Notes: generated by a model not told the origin, from the letters alone. 64,000 nucleotides of DNA from Escherichia coli (GCF_003334305.1 NZ_QOWS01000002.1); one strand, 5' to 3'; counted from the stretch's first letter, positions 23,318 through 35,914 are shown. Made by a program: numbers and translations.

Positions 23318-23663
23318 GTTATTTCTCCCGTTGCGTTGCATTGTTTCATTAATATGAGTGTTGTGTGTCGACACTCATTAAAATTAGTCGCTAATGAGAA
23401 TTAGTCAAATTAAGCGCAACGAGAAGATAGAGGGAAAATATATTTTGAGGAACATTCTGGATATATTAACAATTACCTGAGGAATAAGTGACTTAGAGAA
23501 AATTATTGATTTTACTGGTGTTATGTTGCGGGATTAATTTGTTTGATTATATTACTGTTGGGCGGAAAAATGACGTAAGTTGACGTTCGACCGGGGTAAG
23601 CGAAACGGTAAAAAGATAAATATTAAATGAATTTAGGATTTTTCCGGCTTCATTAAAGAAAGT

Positions 23664-23692
23664 TAAAATGCCGCCAGCGGAACTGGCGGCTG
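23664..23692 (-). terminator. trp operon terminator (trp t)
   Basis: Minus-strand hairpin gccgccag / ctggcggc followed by auuuu, immediately 3' of the trpA stop. Confidence 0.8.
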
Positions 23693-23697
23693 TGGGA

Positions 23698-24504
23698 TTA
23701 ACTGCGCGTCGCCGCTTTCATCGGTTGTACAAAAACTTTCAGTGCCGCCAGCATTTTCTCTGGCTCATTAATATGTTGCTCGATGATTTTAACAATGGCC
23801 GAACCAGAAATCGCGCCCGCAGCTCCTGCATCAATCGCTGCTTTTACCTGATCCGGGGCGGAAATACCAAACCCCTGCAATGGAGGTGCAGCGTTGTACT
23901 CTTTCAGCTTCGCAACCAGATGATTGAGGGGTAACGCGGCGCGGTTTTCTGCGCCGGTCACGCCCGCTCGTGACAGCAAATAGGTGTAACCACGACCGTA
24001 AGAGGCTATCTGGCGCAGCAGGTCGTCATCGGCATTTGGCGGGCAGATGAAGATAGGTGCGACATTATGGCGCAACGCGGCCTGGCGGAAGGGCGCGGAC
24101 TCTTCAATTGGCACATCGGCAACCAGCACCGAATCGACGCCGACTTTCTCGCACTGGGCATAAAACTCATCAATGCCTTTGTTAAACACCAGATTGGCAT
24201 ACATCAACAGGCCAATGGGAATGGTCGGGTGTTTCTGGCGAATCAGTGCCAGCATTTCAAAACATTGTGCCGGAGTCACACCTGCCGCAAAGGCGCGCAG
24301 AGTGGCGTTTTGAATGGTCGGGCCATCCGCCAGTGGGTCGGAGAAGGGGATACCTAACTCCAGCGCGTCAGCACCGGCTTCAATTAGCGTATCGATAATT
24401 TTCAATGACTGCTCAATGCCCGGATCACCGAGCGTGACGAAAGGAACGAATGCGCCTTCTTTGCGCTCCTTCAACTGGGCAAACAGAGATTCGTAGCGTT
24501 CCAT
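23698..24504 (-). CDS. trpA: Tryptophan synthase alpha subunit
   Basis: 268 aa [60 protein letters not shown]... Confidence 0.97.
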   Translation of the reverse strand: MERYESLFAQLKERKEGAFVPFVTLGDPGIEQSLKIIDTLIEAGADALELGIPFSDPLADGPTIQNATLRAFAAGVTPAQCFEMLALIRQKHPTIPIGLLMYANLVFNKGIDEFYAQCEKVGVDSVLVADVPIEESAPFRQAALRHNVAPIFICPPNADDDLLRQIASYGRGYTYLLSRAGVTGAENRAALPLNHLVAKLKEYNAAPPLQGFGISAPDQVKAAIDAGAAGAISGSAIVKIIEQHINEPEKMLAALKVFVQPMKAATRS

Positions 24505-25697
24505 CAGATTTCCCCTCGTGCTTTCAAAATATCGTGAACGGTGAAGATGTCTTTATCGCCGCGACCGGAAAGGTTAACCACCAGTAGCTGCTCTTTATCC
24601 GGGTTTTCGCGCATCATTTTCAACGCATGGGCCAGGGCGTGGGAGGATTCCAGCGCCGGGATGATCCCTTCGTGCAGGCACAGCGTTTTGAAGGCTTCAA
24701 GGGCTTCATCATCGGTAATAGACACGTAATCAGCGCGTCCAGTGCTGTTAAGATACGCGTGTTGTGGGCCGACAGACGGGAAATCCAGTCCGGCGGAGAT
24801 GGAGTAAGATTCTTCAATCTGCCCGTCTTCGGTTTGCATCATCGGCGCTTTCATACCGAAATAGATACCCACGCGACCATGTTTTAGCGGTGCGCCGTGC
24901 TCGCCAGTTTCGATACCGTGACCACCTGGCTCCACACCAATCAGGCCGACGTTGGTTTCATTGATGAAATCAGCAAACATGCCGATGGCATTCGAACCGC
25001 CGCCAACACAGGCGATAACGGCATCCGGCAGGCGACCTTCTCTTTCCAGAATCTGCGCTTTGGTTTCTTCGCCAATCATCCGCTGAAACTCACGCACAAT
25101 GGTCGGATAAGGATGCGGGCCAGCTGCGGTGCCCAGCATATAGTGCGCGGTTTCGTAACTACCGGACCAGTCGCGCAGCGCCTCGTTACAGGCATCTTTC
25201 AGCGTCGCGGAACCGCTATGCACCGGGATCACTTCCGCACCCATTAAGCGCATACGAAAAACGTTAGGCGACTGGCGTTCAACGTCTTTGGCACCCATAT
25301 AAATACGGCATTTCAGGCCGAGCAGGGCGCTGGCAAGGGCCGACGCCACGCCATGCTGACCGGCACCGGTTTCGGCGATGATTTCGGTTTTACCCATCCG
25401 CTTCGCCAGCAACGCCTGCCCCAGCACCTGGTTAGTTTTATGCGCGCCGCCGTGCAGCAAATCTTCACGCTTGAGATACAGCGTGGTGTTCGTCCCGGCT
25501 GTAATGTTCTGGCATTTGGTCAGCGCGGTTGGACGCCCGGCATAGTTTTTCAGCAGGTCGTTGAACTGAGCCTGAAATTCAGGATCTTTTTGCGCACTGA
25601 CAAAAGCTTCTTCCAGCTGGCGCAGAGCAGGCATCAGGATTTGTGGCACGTACATGCCGCCAAACTCACCAAAATAGGGGTTAAGTAATGTTGTCAT
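24504..25697 (-). CDS. trpB: Tryptophan synthase beta subunit
   Basis: 397 aa [28 protein letters not shown]...; 1 nt overlap with trpA. Confidence 0.97.
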
Positions 25698-25708
25698 TGT
25701 TCCTTTCC

Positions 25709-27070
25709 TTAATATGCGCGCAGCGTCTGGAAAACCGAGGCCAAAAGACGTGCGTCTTTGATGCCCGGTTGCGACTCTACAGCAGAATTAAAATCAAGTC
25801 CGGCGCAGCCGGTTTGTGCCGCTTCCACGCAGTTATCTGCGCCTAAGCCCCCCGCCAGCAGAACGTTGCCAAGCGATTGACCATTTAATAGTGACCAGTC
25901 AAAACGTTGCCCGCTTCCACCCTGGCCGTTGTCTAAAACATATTTATCAACGTGCTGAAACTCGCGGGCGGGCAGGGTTTCACCGACGCTTAATGCTTTC
26001 CAGATGGCAACATGTGCTGGCAGAGCTTCACGCAGCGTATCGATATACAGCTGTTCTTCATTACCATGCAGTTGCACTGCCGCCAGCGATAACACCTTAG
26101 CTTTGTCCACCACATCGGCAATATCGTGATTGCGGAACACGCCAACATACTGCAACGGTGCCGCAGCCATCACTTCCTGCGCCTGTTCAACGTTGACGCA
26201 ACGCGGTGATGTCGCAACAAAAATCAACCCACCGTAAATCGCGCCCGCGTCATAAGCTGCTTTAGCATCTTGCCCACGCGTCAGGCCACATACTTTATTC
26301 TCACCCAGCAACACCCGGCGCACGGCGGCGTGCAAATCGTCATGGGCCATCAACGCCGAACCAATCAGAAAACCGTTAGCGAAGTGGCTTAACTCGCGCA
26401 CCTGAGCGTAAGTATTGATGCCGGATTCGCTGATTACCGTCACGTTGTGCCCCAGTTTCGGCGCAAGCTCGCGGGTACGGTTGAGATCAATCGACAAATC
26501 ACGCAGATCGCGGTTGTTGATGCCAACGACCTTTGCCCCCAATGCAATGGCACGCTCCAGTTCCTCTTCATTACTGACTTCGGTCAGCACACCCATCTCC
26601 AGACTGTGGGCGACGGCGGCAAGCTGGCGATATTGTTCGTCATCCAGTACTGAAAGCATTAATAAGCAGGCATCAGCCTGGTAATAGCGCGCCAGATAGA
26701 TCTGGTAAGGATCGATAATGAAGTCTTTACATAAAATCGGCTGCGGGGCGATTTGGCTGACGATGGGGAGGAAATCAAAGCTCCCCTGAAAATATTTCTC
26801 ATCAGTCAGCACCGAAATTGCCGAAGCGTAATGTTTATAAATGGCGGCAATGCGTGCTGGATCGAAATCATCACGGATCACGCCTTTTGACGGCGACGCT
26901 TTCTTGCACTCCAGAATAAACGCCGTGCGCGCACCCTGTAGCGCATCATAAAAATGTCGCGTGCTCGGCTGAACCTCATTCTGAAAACTGGCCAGCGGTT
27001 GCTGCTGTTTGCGGGTTTCTACCCAAATCGCCTTGTCTGCGACGATTTTCGCTAAAACGGTTTGCATCAT
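25709..27070 (-). CDS. trpC: Bifunctional indole-3-glycerol-phosphate synthase / phosphoribosylanthranilate isomerase
   Basis: 453 aa ORF, position and length match TrpC(F). Confidence 0.96.
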   Translation of the reverse strand: MMQTVLAKIVADKAIWVETRKQQQPLASFQNEVQPSTRHFYDALQGARTAFILECKKASPSKGVIRDDFDPARIAAIYKHYASAISVLTDEKYFQGSFDFLPIVSQIAPQPILCKDFIIDPYQIYLARYYQADACLLMLSVLDDEQYRQLAAVAHSLEMGVLTEVSNEEELERAIALGAKVVGINNRDLRDLSIDLNRTRELAPKLGHNVTVISESGINTYAQVRELSHFANGFLIGSALMAHDDLHAAVRRVLLGENKVCGLTRGQDAKAAYDAGAIYGGLIFVATSPRCVNVEQAQEVMAAAPLQYVGVFRNHDIADVVDKAKVLSLAAVQLHGNEEQLYIDTLREALPAHVAIWKALSVGETLPAREFQHVDKYVLDNGQGGSGQRFDWSLLNGQSLGNVLLAGGLGADNCVEAAQTGCAGLDFNSAVESQPGIKDARLLASVFQTLRAY

Positions 27071-28666
27071 TTACCCTCGTGCCGCCAGTGCGGTAACTCT
27101 GTCGTAAGCGGAACCACTGCGCAGTACCTCAAGAACGGTTTGCGCATTGGCTTGCAGATCTTCATGGCCATGCAGGCGCATTAACATGGCGACGTTCGCA
27201 GCGACGGCTGCTTCATGGGCGGCGTCGCCTTTACCTTGTAACAAGCGTGTTAAAATGTCACGGTTTTCTTCCGGTGTTCCGCCTGCCAGTTGCTCCTGGT
27301 GGTAGGGAGTCAGGCCAAAATCTTCAGCGGTCAATTGATAGCTCTTAATTTCGCCGTCATGCAGCTCGGCAACGATTGTCGGCGCGTGTAATGAAACTTC
27401 ATCCATCCCGCCGCTGTGCACCACCGCCGCGCGTTGATACCCCAGCACGCGCAAGGTTTCGGCAATCGGCAGCACCAGTTCCGGACTATAAACACCAATT
27501 AACGCCAGCGGCGGATGCGCCGGGTTAATCAATGGCCCCAGCACATTGAACAGGGTGCGGGTTTTCAGTTGCTGGCGAACCGGCATCGCGTGGCGGAATC
27601 CGGTGTGATACTTCGGCGCAAAGAGGAAACATACACCTAACTCATCCAGCGCCTGGCGCGATTTATCGGCGTTCATATCAAGATTAATACCGAACGCCGC
27701 CAGCAGATCGGACGAACCAGATTTACTGGAGACGCTACGGTTGCCGTGTTTCGCCACTTTCAGCCCACAGGCCGCGGCGACAAACGCACTGGCGGTAGAA
27801 ATATTGATACTGTTGCTGCCGTCACCGCCAGTACCGACGATATCAGCAAACAGATAATCCGGGCGCGGGAACGGCGCGGCGTTTTCCAGTAGCGCGGTTG
27901 CTGCTCCGGCGATCTCGTTCGGGTGCTCACCGCGAATTTTCATGCTCACCAGCGCCGCCGCCAGTTGTTCCGGCTTCAGCTCGCCACGCACCACCGCTGA
28001 AAACAGCTGGTGGCTTTCTTGTTGGCTAAGCGTCTGCGCCTGATACAGTTTTTCCAGAATCGGTTGCAGCGTGTTGGCTGGCTCTAGTTTCTGCTGCGCC
28101 CAGGCCAGCGTTTGTTCCAGCAGGCGAGCGCCCTGGGTGGTGAGAATGGATTCCGGATGGAACTGGAATCCACAAACGCGATCCGCATCGTGACGTACTG
28201 CCATCACCATGCCATTAAAATGGGCGTTGATGGTTAAACCGGCCGGAATGTTACTGCCAACCAGCGAGTGATAACGCGCCACCGGCAGCGGGTTTGTTAA
28301 TCCGGCAAACATCGCCTGACCGTCATGTTCAATGCTCGACGCTTTACCGTGAAGAATTTCGCCCGCCTGACCGACATACCCCCCATAAGCTTCGACAATC
28401 GCCTGATGACCGAGGCAAATGCCAATAATGGGCAGCTTGCCACGCAAGCGGGTGAGGAGTTCCGGCATACAACCGGCTTCGCTCGGCACACCGGGGCCAG
28501 GAGAAAGCATCAGTACCGGATTGCTCATCGTCGCCAGGCGTTCAATTAAGGTCTGCGCCGGAATATGGTTGCGGTAAATCACCACATTATGCCCATTGCT
28601 GCGCAACTGATCTGCCAGGTTGTACGTAAAAGAGTCGATATTATCGAGCAGCAGAATGTCAGCCAT
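27071..28666 (-). CDS. trpD: Anthranilate synthase component II / anthranilate phosphoribosyltransferase
   Basis: 531 aa [25 protein letters not shown]... with glutamine amidotransferase and PRT domains. Confidence 0.96.
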   Translation of the reverse strand: MADILLLDNIDSFTYNLADQLRSNGHNVVIYRNHIPAQTLIERLATMSNPVLMLSPGPGVPSEAGCMPELLTRLRGKLPIIGICLGHQAIVEAYGGYVGQAGEILHGKASSIEHDGQAMFAGLTNPLPVARYHSLVGSNIPAGLTINAHFNGMVMAVRHDADRVCGFQFHPESILTTQGARLLEQTLAWAQQKLEPANTLQPILEKLYQAQTLSQQESHQLFSAVVRGELKPEQLAAALVSMKIRGEHPNEIAGAATALLENAAPFPRPDYLFADIVGTGGDGSNSINISTASAFVAAACGLKVAKHGNRSVSSKSGSSDLLAAFGINLDMNADKSRQALDELGVCFLFAPKYHTGFRHAMPVRQQLKTRTLFNVLGPLINPAHPPLALIGVYSPELVLPIAETLRVLGYQRAAVVHSGGMDEVSLHAPTIVAELHDGEIKSYQLTAEDFGLTPYHQEQLAGGTPEENRDILTRLLQGKGDAAHEAAVAANVAMLMRLHGHEDLQANAQTVLEVLRSGSAYDRVTALAARG

Positions 28667-30228
28667 CAGAAAGTCTCCTGTGCATGATGCGCGGTGGCAA
28701 TAGCGCGCAGTACAGCGCGGGCTTTATTACGGGTTTCGTCGGCTTCCGACTGCGGAACAGAATCAAGGACTACGCCAGCACCGGCTTGCACGGTGGCGAT
28801 ACCGTTTTCCACCAGCGCCGAGCGGATCACAATGCAGGTGTCGAGATCGCCATGCGCGGTGAAATAACCTACCGCGCCGCCGTAGCTGCCGCGGCGACGA
28901 CCTTCCGCCTCGGCAATTAACTGCATGGCGCGCACTTTCGGCGCACCGCTTAACGTCCCCATATTCATACAGGCGCGGTAAGCGTGTAGGGCGTCGAGAT
29001 CGTGGCGCAGTTCACCGACCACGCGGGAGACCAGGTGCATCACGTAAGAGTAACGGTCAACTTTGGTGAGGTCGGCGACGTAGCGGCTGCCGGGGGTGCA
29101 AATGCGTGCCAGATCATTACGGGCAAGATCCACCAGCATCAGATGTTCAGAAAGCTCTTTATGATCGGTACGCATTTCCAGTTCGATGCGGCTGTCGAGG
29201 TCTCTGTCCAGCGAGCCATCGGCACGACGACCGCGTGGACGTGTTCCGGCAATCGGGTAGATCTCAATCTGGCGGCTGGTGGCGTCATACTTGAGCGAAC
29301 TTTCCGGCGACGCGCCAAACAGGGTGAAATCATTATCCTGCATAAAAAACATGTACGGGCTGGGATTACTCTTTTTCAGCACGTAATAGGCCGCCAGCGG
29401 TGACGGGCAGGGCAGAGAGAAACGGCGAGATGGCACCACCTGGAAAATTTCTCCAGCGCGAATCGCTTTTTGCAACAAACGCACTACGCCACCGAACTCT
29501 TCATCGCTCTGATTACATTCACAACGCATATGCGGCACGGAAACCACCGGCAGCGGCGGCGCGGCTTCGGTCAGTTGCTGACGTAGTTCGTTCAGGCGAG
29601 CAGTGAGACGTTGTTTTTCTTCTTCATTCGGAGCAAACAGGCTGGCCTGAATACGGGTGCTTTTTTTCTGATGGTCAATCACCATCAGAGTTTCAGCGAG
29701 ATAAAAACAGAAATCAGGGCAGTTATTTTCCGCTGACAGTTGCGGTAAATCTTCAAATCCCGCCACAAGGTCATAAGAGAACAGGCCGCCGAAGAACATT
29801 GCTTCTCGTTCTTCCTTCGGTACATTCAACAGATTCTGCAATAAACGGAAAGCGTCAAAAACCGAAAGGGAGCATAAGCGAGCGTCTTCATCCAGCAGTG
29901 GACTGACAGGGGGGAAGCGCAGCACACGGCAGTTTGGTGATTGTTCATTTTCCACACCCGCAGGCAGGGCGTTATCCAGTAGTGTCAGCAGGGCTTCGCC
30001 GTTGCCGGAAAGTGCCTGGATTGTGACAGTGTCACCTAAAGCTGTAATGCGCAGCGCACTGTCTACCAGCAGCAGGCTTTTTAAATCATCTTTGCTGTCG
30101 ATATCTGCGGATTCCAGCAGCAGCGTTGCCGGACGATCCCCACACAACTGGTGAAAAAGCGCGGTGGGATTGTCGCGATAAGCGCCTTCGCAGGTTAGCA
30201 GTTCGAGAGTCGGTTTTTGTGTTTGCAT
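28666..30228 (-). CDS. trpE: Anthranilate synthase component I
   Basis: 520 aa [64 protein letters not shown]...; 1 nt overlap with trpD. Confidence 0.97.
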   Translation of the reverse strand: MQTQKPTLELLTCEGAYRDNPTALFHQLCGDRPATLLLESADIDSKDDLKSLLLVDSALRITALGDTVTIQALSGNGEALLTLLDNALPAGVENEQSPNCRVLRFPPVSPLLDEDARLCSLSVFDAFRLLQNLLNVPKEEREAMFFGGLFSYDLVAGFEDLPQLSAENNCPDFCFYLAETLMVIDHQKKSTRIQASLFAPNEEEKQRLTARLNELRQQLTEAAPPLPVVSVPHMRCECNQSDEEFGGVVRLLQKAIRAGEIFQVVPSRRFSLPCPSPLAAYYVLKKSNPSPYMFFMQDNDFTLFGASPESSLKYDATSRQIEIYPIAGTRPRGRRADGSLDRDLDSRIELEMRTDHKELSEHLMLVDLARNDLARICTPGSRYVADLTKVDRYSYVMHLVSRVVGELRHDLDALHAYRACMNMGTLSGAPKVRAMQLIAEAEGRRRGSYGGAVGYFTAHGDLDTCIVIRSALVENGIATVQAGAGVVLDSVPQSEADETRNKARAVLRAIATAHHAQETF

Positions 30229-30250
30229 TGTTATTCTCTAATTTTGTTCA

Positions 30251-30280
30251 AAAAAAAGCCCGCTCATTAGGCGGGCTGGG
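30251..30280 (-). promoter_or_regulatory. trp attenuator terminator (3:4 hairpin plus U-run)
   Basis: Plus strand aaaaaaagcccgctcattaggcgggct, i.e. on the transcript agcccgccuaaugagcgggcuuuuuuu, between trpL and trpE. Confidence 0.95.
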
Positions 30281-30319
30281 TATCTGATTGCTTTACGCAT
30301 GGTGAATACACTGCCCGTT

Positions 30320-30364
30320 TCAGGAAGTGCGCCACCAACCTTTCAGTACGAAAATTGCTTTCAT
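30320..30364 (-). CDS. trpL: trp operon leader peptide (14 aa, tandem Trp codons)
   Basis: Reverse complement reads atgaaagcaattttcgtactgaaaggttggtggcgcacttcctga = [14 protein letters not shown]. Confidence 0.95.
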
Positions 30365-30374
30365 TGTCGATACC

Positions 30375-30425
30375 CTTTTTACGTGAACTTGCGTACTAGT
30401 TAACTGGTTCGATGATTAATTGTCA
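30375..30425 (-). promoter_or_regulatory. trp promoter with TrpR operator
   Basis: Minus strand carries TTGACA (-35) and a TTAACTAGTACGCAAGTTCACGT-type operator palindrome upstream of trpL, as in the classic trp promoter. Confidence 0.85.
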
Positions 30426-30501
30426 ACAGCTCATTTCAGAATATTTGCCAGAACCGTTATGATGTCGGCGCAAAAAAAATTATCCAGAACGGGAGTGCGC
30501 C

Positions 30502-31383
30502 TTGAGCGACACGAATTATGCAGTGATTTACGACCTGCACAGCCATACCACAGCTTCCGATGGCTGCCTGACGCCAGAAGCATTGGTGCACCGTGCAGTC
30601 GAGATGCGCGTCGGCACCCTGGCGATCACCGACCATGACACCACAGCTGCAATCGCGCCAGCAAGAGAGGAAATTTCACGTTCGGGACTGGCGTTGAATC
30701 TTATTCCCGGCGTGGAAATTTCCACGGTCTGGGAAAATCATGAAATTCATATTGTCGGGCTGAATATTGATATTACTCATCCGCTAATGTGTGAGTTCCT
30801 CGCGCAGCAGACAGAACGGCGCAATCAGCGGGCGCAGCTGATTGCCGAAAGACTTGAAAAAGCGCAAATACCTGGGGCGCTGGAAGGCGCACAACGACTG
30901 GCGCAGGGCGGCGCAGTGACGCGCGGTCATTTTGCGCGTTTCCTTGTTGAGTGCGGCAAAGCCAGTTCAATGGCGGATGTCTTTAAAAAGTATCTGGCGC
31001 GCGGGAAAACCGGATACGTTCCGCCACAGTGGTGTACAATAGAACAAGCTATTGATGTCATTCATCATTCTGGCGGTAAGGCGGTGCTAGCTCATCCTGG
31101 GCGGTACAATCTTAGTGCTAAATGGCTGAAAAGATTGGTTGCGCATTTTGCCGAACACCACGGTGACGCGATGGAAGTCGCGCAGTGCCAGCAATCGCCC
31201 AATGAACGTACCCAGCTGGCGGCCCTTGCGCGTCAGCATCATTTATGGGCATCACAAGGATCTGATTTTCATCAGCCATGCCCGTGGATCGAACTGGGTC
31301 GTAAACTCTGGCTGCCCGCAGGCGTTGAAGGCGTCTGGCAGCTATGGGAACAGCCGCAGAACACCACAGAGAGGGAATTATGA
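30502..31383 (+). CDS. trpH: PHP-domain 5'-3' exoribonuclease TrpH / YciV (RNase AM)
   Basis: 293 aa ORF with TTG start, MSDTNYAVIYDLHSHTTASDG... PHP metal-binding motifs. Confidence 0.9.
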   Translation: MSDTNYAVIYDLHSHTTASDGCLTPEALVHRAVEMRVGTLAITDHDTTAAIAPAREEISRSGLALNLIPGVEISTVWENHEIHIVGLNIDITHPLMCEFLAQQTERRNQRAQLIAERLEKAQIPGALEGAQRLAQGGAVTRGHFARFLVECGKASSMADVFKKYLARGKTGYVPPQWCTIEQAIDVIHHSGGKAVLAHPGRYNLSAKWLKRLVAHFAEHHGDAMEVAQCQQSPNERTQLAALARQHHLWASQGSDFHQPCPWIELGRKLWLPAGVEGVWQLWEQPQNTTEREL

Positions 31384-32000
31384 GCCAGTTTTTTTATATT
31401 CATCCTGATAACCCACAGCAACGTCTGATCAACCAGGCGGTGGAGATCGTGCGTAAAGGCGGGGTGATTGTTTATCCAACTGATTCCGGCTATGCGCTCG
31501 GCTGTAAAATTGAAGATAAAAACGCGATGGAGCGTATTTGTCGTATTCGCCAGCTGCCGGACGGTCACAACTTTACCCTGATGTGTCGCGATCTTTCTGA
31601 ACTCTCGACCTATTCATTTGTTGATAACGTTGCGTTTCGTTTAATGAAAAACAACACGCCGGGCAACTATACCTTCATCTTGAAGGGGACGAAGGAAGTG
31701 CCACGCCGTCTGTTGCAGGAAAAACGCAAAACCATCGGTATGCGTGTGCCTTCTAACCCGATTGCGCAGGCGTTGCTTGAAGCACTGGGCGAACCGATGC
31801 TTTCCACTTCGCTAATGCTGCCAGGCAGCGAATTTACCGAATCCGATCCCGAAGAAATTAAAGACCGTCTGGAAAAACAGGTAGATTTGATTATTCACGG
31901 CGGCTATCTCGGGCAGAAACCGACAACGGTTATTGATCTTACCGATGATACGCCGGTCGTGGTGCGTGAAGGCGTAGGTGATGTGAAGCCTTTCTTATAA
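31380..32000 (+). CDS. yciO: YrdC/Sua5-family protein YciO
   Basis: ORF trimmed to MSQFFYIHPDNPQQRLINQAVEIVRKGGVIVYPTDSGYALGC (206 aa); ATG overlaps the trpH stop (ATGA). Confidence 0.88.
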   Translation: MSQFFYIHPDNPQQRLINQAVEIVRKGGVIVYPTDSGYALGCKIEDKNAMERICRIRQLPDGHNFTLMCRDLSELSTYSFVDNVAFRLMKNNTPGNYTFILKGTKEVPRRLLQEKRKTIGMRVPSNPIAQALLEALGEPMLSTSLMLPGSEFTESDPEEIKDRLEKQVDLIIHGGYLGQKPTTVIDLTDDTPVVVREGVGDVKPFL

Positions 32001-32100
32001 GTGCGTAACTCTGTATACTACGCGGCCTTAAAATGGCGCTATACGGCGCCATTGATTCTCCTGTTCGACGCCTGTGAAGGCGACACTAAAAGGAAGCTCT

Positions 32101-32973
32101 ATGAGCGAAAAATTACAGAAAGTGCTGGCCCGCGCTGGCCACGGCTCCCGCCGTGAAATCGAATCTATTATTGAAGCCGGTCGTGTGAGTGTTGATGGCA
32201 AAATTGCTAAACTCGGCGATCGCGTTGAAGTTACCCCTGGGCTGAAAATTCGTATCGATGGTCATCTGATTTCGGTACGTGAGTCCGCTGAACAAATTTG
32301 TCGCGTTCTGGCCTATTACAAACCGGAAGGTGAGTTGTGTACCCGTAACGATCCGGAAGGGCGTCCGACAGTGTTTGACCGTCTGCCAAAGCTGCGTGGC
32401 GCACGCTGGATTGCCGTAGGTCGTCTGGACGTTAACACCTGTGGTCTGCTGCTGTTCACCACCGATGGTGAACTGGCAAACCGTTTAATGCATCCAAGCC
32501 GTGAAGTTGAACGTGAATACGCCGTGCGTGTATTTGGTCAGGTTGACGACGCGAAACTGCGTGATTTGAGTCGTGGCGTGCAACTGGAAGATGGTCCGGC
32601 AGCTTTTAAAACCATCAAGTTCAGCGGCGGCGAAGGGATCAACCAGTGGTACAACGTGACTCTGACCGAAGGCCGTAACCGTGAAGTTCGTCGTCTGTGG
32701 GAAGCGGTTGGTGTGCAGGTGAGCCGCCTGATCCGTGTTCGTTACGGTGATATCCCACTGCCAAAAGGTCTGCCACGCGGTGGCTGGACGGAGCTGGACC
32801 TCGCCCAGACTAACTATCTGCGCGAACTGGTGGAGCTACCGCCAGAAACCAGCTCTAAAGTCGCTGTAGAAAAAGACCGTCGTCGCATGAAGGCGAATCA
32901 GATTCGTCGTGCGGTGAAACGTCACAGTCAGGTGAGCGGCGGTCGTCGTTCTGGCGGACGTAATAACGGTTAA
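32101..32973 (+). CDS. rluB: 23S rRNA pseudouridine(2605) synthase
   Basis: ORF trimmed to [21 protein letters not shown]...; S4 domain plus RsuA-type catalytic domain, Arg/Gly-rich C-terminal tail. Confidence 0.9.
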   Translation: MSEKLQKVLARAGHGSRREIESIIEAGRVSVDGKIAKLGDRVEVTPGLKIRIDGHLISVRESAEQICRVLAYYKPEGELCTRNDPEGRPTVFDRLPKLRGARWIAVGRLDVNTCGLLLFTTDGELANRLMHPSREVEREYAVRVFGQVDDAKLRDLSRGVQLEDGPAAFKTIKFSGGEGINQWYNVTLTEGRNREVRRLWEAVGVQVSRLIRVRYGDIPLPKGLPRGGWTELDLAQTNYLRELVELPPETSSKVAVEKDRRRMKANQIRRAVKRHSQVSGGRRSGGRNNG

Positions 32974-33012
32974 TCAAAGTATGCCGGACGTCATATCCGG
33001 CATTTTTACAGA

Positions 33013-33603
33013 TTAGTAATCAATCCCTATCTGCGCTTTTACACCGGCATCAAACGCATGTTTGACGGGGCGTAATTCACTTACCGTATCTGCCAGTTCA
33101 AGAATATCCCGATGACAACCACGACCCGTGATAATCACCGTCTGTTGATGTGGACGTTCATTTAACGCCTGCACCACTTCTTCCAGTGGCAAATAGTCAT
33201 ACGCCACCATATACGTCAGTTCATCAAGCAAAACCATATCCAGTGAGGAATCAGCAAGCATCCGCTTTGCATGTTGCCAGACTTCGCGGCAGGCGGCGGT
33301 ATCAGACTCGCGGTTTTGTGTATCCCAGGTAAAGCCCGTTGCCATCACCTGAAACTCAACGCCATGTGGCTCCAGCAGATTGCGTTCGCCATTAGGCCAG
33401 GTGCCTTTAATAAACTGCACGACGCCTACTTTTTTTCCGTGACCAACTGCGCGTGTTGCCGTACCAAATGCCGCGGTGGTTTTGCCTTTTCCATTGCCGG
33501 TAAAGACGATGATAATACCGCGTTCATCCTGGGCCTGGGCCACACGAGCATCTACTTTTTCTTTCACTCGCTGCTGACGCTGTTGGTAGCGTTCATCACT
33601 CAT
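33013..33603 (-). CDS. btuR: Cob(I)yrinic acid a,c-diamide adenosyltransferase
   Basis: 196 aa ORF with P-loop GNGKGKTTAAFG. Confidence 0.93.
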   Translation of the reverse strand: MSDERYQQRQQRVKEKVDARVAQAQDERGIIIVFTGNGKGKTTAAFGTATRAVGHGKKVGVVQFIKGTWPNGERNLLEPHGVEFQVMATGFTWDTQNRESDTAACREVWQHAKRMLADSSLDMVLLDELTYMVAYDYLPLEEVVQALNERPHQQTVIITGRGCHRDILELADTVSELRPVKHAFDAGVKAQIGIDY

Positions 33604-34358
33604 TGGGAAATTCCTGGTTTACGGCCCGGTTGGGCGTCAAAGGTCATGCCGGTTTTACGGCGGCTGTCATCGCCCATCAGCCAGAGGTAGAGCGGCATGA
33701 TATCAGCGGGTGTTTTAAGTTTCTGTGGATCTTCGGTCGGGAAGGCGCTGGCACGCATTGCGGTGCGCGTACCGCCTGGGTTAATGCAGTTGACACGCAG
33801 GCGCTGCTGATATTCATCGGCCAGTACCTGCATCATCCCTTCGGTGGCAAATTTCGACGCTGCATATGCACCCCAGTTAGCTCGTCCCTGACGTCCAACG
33901 CTTGATGAAGTAAAGACCAGTGAACCGGCGTCCGATTTGAGTAATAAAGGAAGCAGCGCCTGGGTGAGCAAAAAGGTGGCATTAACGTTGACCTGCATGA
34001 CGTCCTGCCAGACCTGCGGATTTTGTTCGCTCATTGGGCAAACATCGCCGAGCAATCCGGCATTATGCAAAACACCATCCAGACGCGGATAATTAACGGT
34101 AATGCGCTGTGCCAGTTGTTGGCAATCTTCGGACGTGCAGGTCAGCAAATCGAGAATAAACCACTGTGGCTGACGTCCAGTTTCTTCGTTTATGTGGCTG
34201 GCTACCTGACGTAATTTTTCTTCATTACGGCCCAACAGAATCACTGTCGCACCATAGCGTGCATACGTCATCGCGGCTTCACGGCCAATCCCATCGCTGG
34301 CTCCCGTCACCAAGATAATGCGATCATTGAGTAAATCTTGTTTTGGCTGGTAATGCAT
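33600..34358 (-). CDS. yciK: Short-chain dehydrogenase/reductase family oxidoreductase YciK
   Basis: 252 aa ORF with TGASDGIG cofactor motif; 4 nt overlap with btuR. Confidence 0.92.
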   Translation of the reverse strand: MHYQPKQDLLNDRIILVTGASDGIGREAAMTYARYGATVILLGRNEEKLRQVASHINEETGRQPQWFILDLLTCTSEDCQQLAQRITVNYPRLDGVLHNAGLLGDVCPMSEQNPQVWQDVMQVNVNATFLLTQALLPLLLKSDAGSLVFTSSSVGRQGRANWGAYAASKFATEGMMQVLADEYQQRLRVNCINPGGTRTAMRASAFPTEDPQKLKTPADIMPLYLWLMGDDSRRKTGMTFDAQPGRKPGISQ

Positions 34359-34577
34359 GGCTACTCCTCAACGACGTTGTCTGTCGCGCTGCCAGTGTAC
34401 TTTATGACTTTGGGGCTTTATGCCTGAAACAGAAGGGCATTTCAATCAGCCTGGGGCGATAACACCGCAAAATGGATACTTTTTCATACTTTCGCTGCAA
34501 TAACATCTCTGCGAGACGGCTTAACATGCCTGTTGTAAACTGTGAGCCAAAGCGTTGTTTAACCAAGGTGGGGACTC

Positions 34578-35627
34578 GTGGAATTGTTGTCTGAATATGG
34601 TTTGTTTTTGGCGAAAATCGTTACCGTTGTGCTAGCGATTGCGGCGATTGCCGCCATTATTGTCAATGTTGCTCAACGTAATAAACGCCAGCATGGCGAG
34701 TTACGGGTCAACAATCTCAGCGAACAGTATAAGGAGATGAAAGAAGAACTGGCCGCGGCGCTGATGGACTCACATCAGCAAAAACAGTGGCACAAAGCGC
34801 AGAAGAAAAAGCACAAGCAAGAAGCGAAAGCAGCAAAAGCGAAAGCCAAACTGGGCGAGGTGGCAACTGACAGTAAACCTCGCGTCTGGGTGCTGGATTT
34901 TAAAGGCAGCATGGACGCCCATGAAGTGAACTCGCTACGTGAAGAGATAACGGCGGTACTCGCAGCATTCAAACCGCAGGATCAGGTTGTGCTCCGTCTG
35001 GAAAGCCCTGGTGGCATGGTGCATGGTTACGGGTTGGCGGCTTCGCAGCTGCAGCGTCTGCGTGATAAAAACATTCCTTTAACTGTTACGGTAGACAAAG
35101 TCGCTGCCAGCGGCGGTTACATGATGGCCTGTGTGGCGGACAAAATTGTTTCCGCACCGTTTGCTATTGTGGGTTCCATTGGGGTGGTGGCGCAAATGCC
35201 CAACTTTAACCGCTTCCTGAAAAGCAAAGATATTGATATCGAACTGCACACTGCCGGGCAGTATAAGCGTACTCTGACCTTGCTGGGTGAAAATACCGAA
35301 GAAGGGCGGGAGAAATTCCGCGAAGAGTTGAACGAAACGCATCAGTTGTTTAAAGATTTTGTGAAGCGTATGCGTCCGTCTCTGGATATTGAACAGGTGG
35401 CAACGGGTGAACACTGGTACGGACAACAGGCGGTAGAGAAAGGCCTGGTTGATGAAATCAACACCAGTGATGAAGTTATTCTTAGCTTGATGGAAGGCCG
35501 TGAAGTGGTTAATGTACGCTATATGCAGCGTAAACGACTCATTGACCGATTCACCGGCAGCGCGGCAGAGAGCGCCGATCGATTGTTGCTACGCTGGTGG
35601 CAGCGGGGTCAAAAGCCATTGATGTAA
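34578..35627 (+). CDS. sohB: S49-family inner membrane peptidase SohB
   Basis: 349 aa ORF with N-terminal TM segment and ClpP/SppA-like domain. Confidence 0.93.
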   Translation: MELLSEYGLFLAKIVTVVLAIAAIAAIIVNVAQRNKRQHGELRVNNLSEQYKEMKEELAAALMDSHQQKQWHKAQKKKHKQEAKAAKAKAKLGEVATDSKPRVWVLDFKGSMDAHEVNSLREEITAVLAAFKPQDQVVLRLESPGGMVHGYGLAASQLQRLRDKNIPLTVTVDKVAASGGYMMACVADKIVSAPFAIVGSIGVVAQMPNFNRFLKSKDIDIELHTAGQYKRTLTLLGENTEEGREKFREELNETHQLFKDFVKRMRPSLDIEQVATGEHWYGQQAVEKGLVDEINTSDEVILSLMEGREVVNVRYMQRKRLIDRFTGSAAESADRLLLRWWQRGQKPLM

Positions 35628-35633
35628 AAGACA

Positions 35634-35660
35634 AACGCGAGGCTAAGACCTCGCGTTTTG
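35634..35660. terminator. Bidirectional terminator between sohB and yciN
   Basis: aacgcgagg-ctaaga-cctcgcgtt hairpin with flanking A/T runs. Confidence 0.7.
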
Positions 35661-35662
35661 CT

Positions 35663-35914
35663 TTAATCAACCAGATGATATTTTTCTGAAAGCACATGGG
35701 CCAGGTGTTTGAACATATTAAACACCGCGGTGCTTTTGGCTGTTGGCAATCCTTGTTCATCTAAAAAGTAGTCGCCGGTAAATACCAGCACGCCATTACG
35801 CTGCGTGACGCCGGTGGCTTCAATCCCTGCGAGCGTATCCTCATGCTCACGAATGATTTTGTTGGCCTCTTTCAACAGCGTTTCGCGGTCGATGGGTTGT
35901 GTCTCTTTGTTCAT
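35663..35914 (-). CDS. yciN: DUF2498 family protein YciN
   Basis: 83 aa ORF, length and position match YciN. Confidence 0.88.
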